Assembly (NCBI GenBank): GCA_964596615.1
Contig: CAZQUN010000001.1
Span: forward strand, 66,786 to 130,785
Reading direction: 5' to 3'
From: an uncultured Candidatus Saccharibacteria bacterium
GTDB taxonomy: Bacteria; Patescibacteriota; Minisyncoccia; Portnoybacterales; UBA2143
Length of the DNA stretch: 64,000 nt
Part shown: positions 57,121 to 64,000 of the stretch, piece by piece
Layout: each line of letters starts with the position of its first letter
How positions within the stretch are numbered: the stretch's first letter is position 1
The notes under the pieces: generated by a model
Database searches by the model: none
Told to the model about the DNA's origin: nothing
What the model saw: the letters and a program-made list of their open reading frames with translations, nothing else
Program-made: the position numbers and the translations under genes

Positions 57121-57590
57121 AATCTGTTTTCTGTATTTAGATATTGCCAGTCCCCTGTTGGCAAAAGCCATTTAATTTCAATAACAACCTTGACTTCGTT
57201 AGTAGAAACACTTGTTAAACTGACTTTGCGATAAAAGGGGCTGTCATCGCCAGTATCATACTGATAAAGACCACTATTGCTGTCGTACTTGAGAGGAGTC
57301 TCAGAAGAAGATAAGAGCGAAGCGCTGTCATATTGAATCCGGTAATCGCCGGTAGTAACCGAGCTGTACCAATCATCCCATTCAGTTTCTGCTTTTCTCA
57401 TATCCCTGATAACTTCTATCCCTTCCTGGGCTAGACCAGAGGCAATTAGTTTCATCTTGGCAGTACTGGCTCCTTCAAAAGAAGAACTGACTAAACTCAT
57501 AATCCCAACCAAGGCAACCGAGGTAATAAAGACAGCGGTTATTACTCCGATTAAACTAAATCCTTTCTGGTTTTTTCTTTTTTTAGGCAT
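57105..57590 (-). CDS. PilV-like prepilin
   Basis: KG|FSLIGV; IASGLAQEGIEVIR. Confidence 0.8.
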   Translation of the reverse strand: MPKKRKNQKGFSLIGVITAVFITSVALVGIMSLVSSSFEGASTAKMKLIASGLAQEGIEVIRDMRKAETEWDDWYSSVTTGDYRIQYDSASLLSSSETPLKYDSNSGLYQYDTGDDSPFYRKVSLTSVSTNEVKVVIEIKWLLPTGDWQYLNTENRLWNWK

Positions 57591-57594
57591 AAAA

Positions 57595-58122
57595 CTATTT
57601 AACTTCAATTAAGCCGGCTGTACTAATAACCACCGACTTGGTTAAAGAAGCATCAATAATTTCCAATGTAATGGTTGCTCTCTTGCCAGCTAAGCTTTCT
57701 CCGTCAATATATGTGGTTGGATTGGGCGATTCAAAAAAAACATCAACTTCATTTGATAAAGGAGCGATTTCATTAACTCTAATATTATCGGACAAATTAA
57801 TTGTTTCGATAGTTGTATCGCCTCCCTGATAAGATGAGTCGCCGTTTACATCTCCGTAAATAATATACGAAGTGGCATTATCGGCAACATAGAGACCATA
57901 GCCGTAGTAGTTTCCGGTAATATCAACTCCGCTTAGAGCTTTGTTCTGAGCCTCCCTCAAGTCAGAGGCCAGTTTCTGGGTATCTTGGGAAAGAGTATAA
58001 TTTTTCTGACCAGACCGATAACCAACTAAAACAATTGTCGAAAGCAAACTCAAAATGAACATGACAACAAGAAGCTCAAGCAGGGTTGCTCCGGATTCTT
58101 TTTTCTTTTTATTTCCAAACAT
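57595..58122 (-). CDS. FimT/FimU-like prepilin
   Basis: SG|ATLLELLVVM; LASDLREAQNKALSG; YGYGLY. Confidence 0.85.
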   Translation of the reverse strand: MFGNKKKKESGATLLELLVVMFILSLLSTIVLVGYRSGQKNYTLSQDTQKLASDLREAQNKALSGVDITGNYYGYGLYVADNATSYIIYGDVNGDSSYQGGDTTIETINLSDNIRVNEIAPLSNEVDVFFESPNPTTYIDGESLAGKRATITLEIIDASLTKSVVISTAGLIEVK

Positions 58123-58198
58123 CCCTTATATTATACCACACTACTCTAACTTAAAAAACCGCCATCAATTAACGGTTAAAAAATACTAAAAAATATTT

Positions 58199-59281
58199 TT
58201 AGTGGGGAGTAACTTCTTTCCATTCAGGTAATGGAATCTGAACACCAACAGTCTGTGGGTCGCTTACATTATCGCAACTCAGACCGTCTGAGTCGGTTAC
58301 ATCCAAAGTGACTTCTTTTTCTCCATTAGAAGTAAATTGAACTGTTGGATTTTGGTCGCTGGAACTGGATGGGTCACCATCTTCAAATGTCCAGGACCAA
58401 CTTGATTTAGAAGCCCCACCGTAAACCGTTGATTGATCAGTAAACAAGACATCTTCATCCTGGCTTGGATTCTCCGGCGACCAGGAAAAATCAATTGTCG
58501 GATATTGATGAAGTCCGGTTGTAAATGACGAGCCACTCACCCAGCCGGAATCATCCCCTTCTTCATCGTAGACCTTAACCCGCCAGTAATAGGTGTTATT
58601 GTAGCCAATCTGGTCGGAGCCGGGTGATTCCGCCACGGTTACTGTCTGATTATTAGTTGTCGGGCTTGGATTGGAAAGATCCTCATAATCTCTGTCAACT
58701 TCTGGTGAACCAAAGTCACTATTATCATCCACCTGGAACTCAAATCTCTCCTGGTCATCATCGTCACCGTCAGAATAAGTCCAGGAGAAATAGTGAGAAG
58801 GAGTAGAACAATAATCTCCGCTTGTAACCGAAAGATCGGTCGCAGTCGGGTCGCTTGAACAACTATCACTAACCACAAAAGAACTATCATCTTCGACCCA
58901 TTCACTAATACTGCCGTATTCATCTTCAACCCTTACCCGCCAGTAATAGGTTGCGCCAAAAGACAGGCCTTCTTGATCAACTTCATAGTTTTCATTGCTT
59001 GAATCGACCCAGCCGGTATCTATCTCCGGATCATCAAAATTATCGTCATCGTCAATTTCAACTTCATAATCAGTATGACTAGAAGAACCATCTACAGTCC
59101 ATTCAACCTTTGGGGTTGGATAAGCGCTTGAATAACAAGATGGCTGGTCGACATTGTCGGTACAAAGAGTAAAATCAGTCCCTTCCTCATAAGCCCAGAC
59201 ATAATAGGCGAAATAAAAGCTGCCCGCTATAACAATCAAAAGCAGCATTAAAAACGAATATCTTTCGATAAAACTTCTCAT
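58199..59281 (-). CDS. Membrane-anchored acidic protein with two FN3-like domains and a PKD domain
   Basis: TYYWRVRV and TYYWRVKV; FTDQS...SWSWTFEDG...QNP...VTLDVTD. Confidence 0.85.
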   Translation of the reverse strand: MRSFIERYSFLMLLLIVIAGSFYFAYYVWAYEEGTDFTLCTDNVDQPSCYSSAYPTPKVEWTVDGSSSHTDYEVEIDDDDNFDDPEIDTGWVDSSNENYEVDQEGLSFGATYYWRVRVEDEYGSISEWVEDDSSFVVSDSCSSDPTATDLSVTSGDYCSTPSHYFSWTYSDGDDDDQERFEFQVDDNSDFGSPEVDRDYEDLSNPSPTTNNQTVTVAESPGSDQIGYNNTYYWRVKVYDEEGDDSGWVSGSSFTTGLHQYPTIDFSWSPENPSQDEDVLFTDQSTVYGGASKSSWSWTFEDGDPSSSSDQNPTVQFTSNGEKEVTLDVTDSDGLSCDNVSDPQTVGVQIPLPEWKEVTPH

Positions 59282-59337
59282 TTCCTTTCTATTGTATTAC
59301 TTTTTTAAGCAATTAGCCAAAAAACTTATCCACAACC

Positions 59338-60546
59338 TTAATTAGCATTAAGAACCAAATGGAATAATGAACTCTTTAAGATTAGAGTAATAATTACTCC
59401 AATAAACATCCATAAAACAAAAGGAAAGGGTTTGCAGATTTTGATTTTTTCATCCTTCTTTTCCAAAAGCCATTTTTTAACTGATTCGGCCTGGCTTCGA
59501 GTTAATCCCTCTGGATAAATCTGGCTAAGATGTTCTTTGAAAAACTTTTTGTCATTTTTAATTTGATTAATAACGCTCTCGTCCAGATTCATTTTAGGTT
59601 TTAGATTCCTGGTCTCTATTTCTCTTGTTCCGGTTCTTGAAATATGAAAATCAATTAATGAGGTAAATATGGTAAAAACTATCATAAAGATAATCATTAT
59701 CTGAACAGTTTTTTTAAGAGATTGCCAGGTAGCGGTCGGGGAAGTAATAAATCCGTAAATCAGAACAATAATTAGGATAGAAGTAATTACTTTAAGAACA
59801 ATTGGTTTTTTCAGAAAATCAGAAGCAATTCTTCTGAAGATAACAAAGGCAGCGAAAACAAACATTTGAAAAGAAGCAATATCAACTGAAAAATATTTCT
59901 TAATTGGTTCTTGGAAAACAGTAAAAATTAAAACTATGGTTACAAAGGCAAGAAGAATTGTTCCCATGCTTTTAATCTTGTCTTTAATTGCTTTTTTAAC
60001 ATCTGGCTTTTTCTTTTTTTCCCGGCTGATTTCTTTCTTAGATATTTTCAAGTAAATAAATTTAAGAAAATAGAAAAAGGCTTTGATGAGTAAATAGATA
60101 AAAATTGGAATAAAAATATTAACCAAGAGAGAAAAAGAAGGAAAAAGAGGCAGATATGATTTCCAATAATATCCCAAAGGGATAAGAAGGGCATAGACAA
60201 AAAAGAGTTTGGCATCACCAGCAGCCCAAGCCCCGCCCCGCCACATTAAAAAGGCGATTATCAGAGCGATAACGGCATTAAGAAAAACTCTTGATAAATA
60301 GACTAAAGAAACAGTAAGGACCGGGGTTGGCGAATTGGCCGGCTGGTCCAATATTTCAAAATGGAAAAAGTGGGTTACCGGCGAGGCAACAAAATACCAA
60401 ATCAAAAAGAACAGAATAATCCCTAATCCCCAGAAAAGACCGAGAAGAATCCATTTGTTTCTGACCTTGCCATATCTAATATCTTCGTAGGTAGTTATCA
60501 GGCCAAGAAATATGACAAAAGGCAGGAATAGAATATTAAATATCAT
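59338..60546 (-). CDS. A24-family (FlaK/PibD-like) prepilin peptidase
   Basis: TYEDIRYGKVRN; WAAGDAKLF (GxGD-type); C-terminal PFVLWMFIG. Confidence 0.8.
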   Translation of the reverse strand: MIFNILFLPFVIFLGLITTYEDIRYGKVRNKWILLGLFWGLGIILFFLIWYFVASPVTHFFHFEILDQPANSPTPVLTVSLVYLSRVFLNAVIALIIAFLMWRGGAWAAGDAKLFFVYALLIPLGYYWKSYLPLFPSFSLLVNIFIPIFIYLLIKAFFYFLKFIYLKISKKEISREKKKKPDVKKAIKDKIKSMGTILLAFVTIVLIFTVFQEPIKKYFSVDIASFQMFVFAAFVIFRRIASDFLKKPIVLKVITSILIIVLIYGFITSPTATWQSLKKTVQIMIIFMIVFTIFTSLIDFHISRTGTREIETRNLKPKMNLDESVINQIKNDKKFFKEHLSQIYPEGLTRSQAESVKKWLLEKKDEKIKICKPFPFVLWMFIGVIITLILKSSLFHLVLNAN

Positions 60547-61463
60547 TTCTCTTTAATCCCAATAATGGGATGGTAAAAATCTTTTGTTTCCTGGATAATT
60601 AAATCTTTTTTAATTGGCTTGAACTCTTTACTTTTATCAGGATAATCCCGATGAATACCAAGACAATATTTCTTGTATTGGCATTTTTTGCAGGTTGAAA
60701 TAAACATGATTTCCTTTTCCGGCAGGGTTCGCCAGACAAAGGGCCAGAACTTAGGTTCAAGAGTACAAAGAGGAAAATGATAGAGTCGAAGTTCTTTTAA
60801 GTCAGAAAAGAATGGCTCAATTTTATTTAAATAGGGCCTAATTTTTGAATAGGAAATCATAACCTTATCTAGATTCTTCTCTGCCTGGCCTTCTGTCTCA
60901 AGGTAAATAACAATGACCCTATCTGTGGAAGGAAATTTAGAATTGATAAGATTGAGTGTTTGATCAATGTATTTGGCTGAAAGTTTACTTAGAACTGTTC
61001 TAATTTCTATTGTCTGGTTTTCCTTCAGATCTAAAATATTTTCTAATCCTTTAACCATTTGGGTAAAGCTATTTTTTGTCTGAGTAATACTATCGTGAAC
61101 TTTTTCATTTGGACCACATAAAGAAACAGCAATATTTAAATTATCAGCGCTCATAATCTCTTTAGCAAAGTCCCGGTAACAAAAACGCCGGCCGTTGGTT
61201 AAAAGTCTTAATTCATGCTTAGGAAAATTTTTCCTGACAAATCGAAAGATATCCAGAAAATGAGGATGAAGAGTTGGTTCGCCGCCGGTTAAAATAACCG
61301 GCTCATTGGGACCAATCTTTTTCTTAATCTGTTTAATCCTTGAAATTAGAAGATTGTAATCATAGCCTTTGCCAACATGACCACCCTCAGATTCCCAGGG
61401 CAAATCCGGATTGGTGCACATCAGACACTTATTATTACATTTATCCCAAACGCATATATCCAT
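60543..61463 (-). CDS. hxsC: His-Xaa-Ser-system radical SAM maturase, HxsC-like
   Basis: CNNKCLMC, TGGEPTL, LLTNGRRF, IEIRTVL, YHFPLC...WPF, CKKC...CLG. Confidence 0.7.
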   Translation of the reverse strand: MDICVWDKCNNKCLMCTNPDLPWESEGGHVGKGYDYNLLISRIKQIKKKIGPNEPVILTGGEPTLHPHFLDIFRFVRKNFPKHELRLLTNGRRFCYRDFAKEIMSADNLNIAVSLCGPNEKVHDSITQTKNSFTQMVKGLENILDLKENQTIEIRTVLSKLSAKYIDQTLNLINSKFPSTDRVIVIYLETEGQAEKNLDKVMISYSKIRPYLNKIEPFFSDLKELRLYHFPLCTLEPKFWPFVWRTLPEKEIMFISTCKKCQYKKYCLGIHRDYPDKSKEFKPIKKDLIIQETKDFYHPIIGIKEK

Positions 61464-61465
61464 AA

Positions 61466-62383
61466 TTAGACTGGTTTTAATTCCTTATCGCCGTAATGCT
61501 TTAAATACTCCTTCCAAATTCCTTCGCATTGGTTGAATAATTTGCATTGACGGCATTTTTTTGGTTTTATCCGGCCGACTATTTTCCTTGAATTTTCAAC
61601 ATCAAGATTCTTAAAATCAGGAGCGATGTGTTCCGTTTTGAAAGTAGCAACTTCTTGAAGTTCGCTGACCTGATTGAGATAGTCCTGGAAATAACAAAGG
61701 GGGACATAGCGAATATGCCAGTGGGGGATTTTATTTTTTTTTCCGATATCAAGGCATTTTTTAATAGCGGGAGCGGCTTTTGAGATTTGAGGAACTAATT
61801 TATTGAAATTATCATGGGCGGCGCCGTAGCTCGGATCAACAAAGATGAATTCTGAGTTCCTAATGCCCTGATTAAAAATGAATTTTCCAATCTCGGGCAA
61901 ATATTTAAGATTATCCTTGATAATAGTTGTATTAGAGCCGATCTTTTCGAAATTGAGTTTTTTTAAATTGTTTAATCCTTTTTTTAACTGATTAAAACTT
62001 CCTTTTGACTGAGTCAGGTAATCATGGGTTTTGGCATTATGGCCGTGAATAGAAAAAATAATATCTGTTAGGCCGGCCTTAATGATTTTTTGAGCGTATT
62101 TGGGATAAGAAAACATCCGGCCATTAGTTGCCATATTAATCGTTTCAAAGCCTAAATCCTTGGCAAACTTTATCAGTTCAACCGCGTCTTCTCTGATGGT
62201 TGTTTCTCCGCCGATTAATTCGAGATAGGTCGTTCCTCTTTTTCTGGCTCGAATCATTTCCTGTTTAATTTCATTGGTTGTTTTATTGGGTAATTCCCTT
62301 TTATTGGAATCAATACAAAAACGGCAATGATTATTGCACTCATAGCCGATAATAAGCACTGTTTTTTTTATTTTATCCGTCAT
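61466..62383 (-). CDS. Radical SAM protein (HxsC-related paralog)
   Basis: GYECNNHCRFC, HDYLTQSKGSF, YVPLC, CRQC...CEG. Confidence 0.85.
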   Translation of the reverse strand: MTDKIKKTVLIIGYECNNHCRFCIDSNKRELPNKTTNEIKQEMIRARKRGTTYLELIGGETTIREDAVELIKFAKDLGFETINMATNGRMFSYPKYAQKIIKAGLTDIIFSIHGHNAKTHDYLTQSKGSFNQLKKGLNNLKKLNFEKIGSNTTIIKDNLKYLPEIGKFIFNQGIRNSEFIFVDPSYGAAHDNFNKLVPQISKAAPAIKKCLDIGKKNKIPHWHIRYVPLCYFQDYLNQVSELQEVATFKTEHIAPDFKNLDVENSRKIVGRIKPKKCRQCKLFNQCEGIWKEYLKHYGDKELKPV

Positions 62384-62388
62384 TAAAA

Positions 62389-63381
62389 TTACCTATTCGG
62401 TTTAACTAAAACCGGGATATATTGGTTTTCTTTTTTAACTTTAGTAATTCTTTTCTTGTCTTTGTATATTTCAAAATATTGAGGGGTCATAACCAATCTG
62501 TTACCTTTTTTAATTCCTTTATAGATATTCTCTATATTGTTTAAAAAGTTTTCATCATTTTCCTGATAAAAAACACCTGATTCTATCTTAGATTCAGATT
62601 TATGGTATTTAATCTCTGAATTCTTAAAGTTTCCTTTAAAATTTCCGTAGAGAAGTATTTTATCAACGCAGGTCCAATACAAGGAGGCTGGCTCTTTTAA
62701 ACTCTCTTCTGTGATTTTAACCCTTTCCGGATCCATAACTTTTAATATCTCCAAAATATCATTGACGAACTTGATTGAAGGCCTACATTCTAAATGGCAG
62801 GGGTAATAAGAAAGGAGTGAATATGAAAAAACATTTAGTTGCCAGGCGAAATTCTTTGATCTTTTTAAAGATTCAACTGCTGGATTGGAAAATCCAAAAT
62901 TATTTGGATCACGTTTCTTATCTCCCTTGCTGTTAAGACATAAATAATCCCCGAAATCAAGACAGCATTTGGGATAGCCCATAACTTCTCCGAATTTTCT
63001 GCTGTCACGACTGTCTAAAGTTTTTTTGTAATAAAGATCTACCCCCTCCAGAGCCTTGCTTATATCCTTGGATACGCCTAAAGATATCTTTCCTTTTCTC
63101 TTATCATCCATATCAACCATCTCAAAGATTCCTCTTGGGCTGTTGACAATGAACTTACAATTAGAAACTCCTAATTTAAAGCCTAGTTTTTTACACAACT
63201 GATTAACCCGATTAAGTTTGTTAATAAAGGGCTGGTCATATTTGTCAAAATTAATTAGTTCTCCCATTGTCGGCTTTAGATCATACAAAAGAGCAATCAG
63301 TTCTATGTCAGATAACTGGGCCAAATTGGATATCTCCTGTATTATTCCGTACTCCTTTTTAACTTTTTTTTGGTTAACCAT
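62389..63381 (-). CDS. Cys-motif hypothetical protein (DUF483-like)
   Basis: GEVMGYPKCC, YYPCHLEC. Confidence 0.55.
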   Translation of the reverse strand: MVNQKKVKKEYGIIQEISNLAQLSDIELIALLYDLKPTMGELINFDKYDQPFINKLNRVNQLCKKLGFKLGVSNCKFIVNSPRGIFEMVDMDDKRKGKISLGVSKDISKALEGVDLYYKKTLDSRDSRKFGEVMGYPKCCLDFGDYLCLNSKGDKKRDPNNFGFSNPAVESLKRSKNFAWQLNVFSYSLLSYYPCHLECRPSIKFVNDILEILKVMDPERVKITEESLKEPASLYWTCVDKILLYGNFKGNFKNSEIKYHKSESKIESGVFYQENDENFLNNIENIYKGIKKGNRLVMTPQYFEIYKDKKRITKVKKENQYIPVLVKPNR

Positions 63382-63385
63382 TTAA

Positions 63386-64000
63386 TTAGATATCTGTTAT
63401 CTGCCGAACCGTTAAAGCAATTATGTCTTTGCTTTTCTCGTTTAGAATAATGGAAACACTATCTCCTATTTTTAAATCCGAATACTTATTTTTTTTCTGA
63501 GAGATTATTTTATTGGGAGGAGATATCTCCATAACAACAAATTTCGTTTTACTGGTAAGCAAAACCTTCTCAATCCCTATTTCTGTCTTTATTAAAATAG
63601 AGGTCTTGTTCCTTTTGGCAACAGCGCCGTCTAAGATATTGCCCGAAACAGCGCTTTTTTGTTTTTTCTCTACTTTTTCTTTGTTTGTTTTTTTCATTTT
63701 TTTCTTATAAGAAGCAATTTTAGCATTAGCCCCTTCTAAAAAGAAGAGTAAATGCAAAAAAGGTTCATTTGATTTATTATCTTTAAAGTGAATTTCGTCT
63801 CCAAAACTTGGCTCAATCATTCCAAGATTTTTAAGCTGGGATATGTTTTCTTTAAATTTTTTTAAAAAACTTAAACCAAAGTTACTTCTAAAATCCCTTC
63901 TTGAAATATATCCGTCAATAATCATTTTCTTGCTTATATAGTATAACATCTGCGATATCTTATTATTAGGCGTTCCTTCGTAAAAAACCTTGAACCCACC
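63386..64000 (-). CDS. Partial (5' end outside window): HemN-C-like segment plus a DUF5666-like C-terminal domain
   Basis: The frame stays open to 64000; ISRRDFRSNFGLSFLKKF...LKNLGMIE; SDLKIGDSVSI. Confidence 0.5.
   Translation of the reverse strand, partial: GGFKVFYEGTPNNKISQMLYYISKKMIIDGYISRRDFRSNFGLSFLKKFKENISQLKNLGMIEPSFGDEIHFKDNKSNEPFLHLLFFLEGANAKIASYKKKMKKTNKEKVEKKQKSAVSGNILDGAVAKRNKTSILIKTEIGIEKVLLTSKTKFVVMEISPPNKIISQKKNKYSDLKIGDSVSIILNEKSKDIIALTVRQITDI

Noticed and set aside
2784-63710. Numerous short ORFs antisense or out of frame within long genes
   Set aside because: Shadow ORFs of well-supported CDSs, with no motifs of their own.
1-64000. Alternative genetic code (TGA = Gly)
   Set aside because: Genes are full length under code 11 and many end in TGA with ATGA overlaps.

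Overview
Low-GC bacterial window using genetic code 11 (TGA is a stop), with nearly all genes on the - strand. Gene content points to a Patescibacteria/CPR (Parcubacteria-like) genome; this is an inference. (1) 1-37.5 kb: a very large surface-glycan locus with GT2, GT4, GT9 and GT-C glycosyltransferases, flippases, several methyltransferases, asnB, a deacetylase, three B12-dependent and two SPASM/twitch radical SAM enzymes, and an O-antigen-ligase/TPR protein. (2) 37.5-46.7 kb: a TPR protein, three surface/S-layer-like proteins with structured leaders, an ECF sigma plus DUF5667 partner, and a four-helix-bundle-wHTH gene beside a phased repeat array. (3) 46.8-48.6 kb: two atypical tRNAs (a CAT tRNA with a long variable arm, and a CTT tRNA with a Gly-type acceptor), a hotdog thioesterase, an orphan purN and a His/Trp-rich secreted peptide. 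(4) 48.7-54.7 kb: an accessory region with XRE + ImmA/IrrE, a PD-(D/E)XK nuclease-like gene, gene remnants, three promoter-driven candidate structured ncRNAs (two sharing a 50-bp tail repeat), unannotated small ORFs and a CxxCH protein. (5) 54.8-64 kb: a pgsA-like gene, a pseudo-protease, four minor pilins, an FN3/PKD protein, an A24 prepilin peptidase, and the end of a His-Xaa-Ser-type radical SAM cluster. The best candidates for undescribed biology are the ncRNA cassette cluster, the chimeric tRNA pair and the HxsC-prepilin peptidase-pilin linkage. All calls come from motif reading by eye; no searches or folding programs were run.
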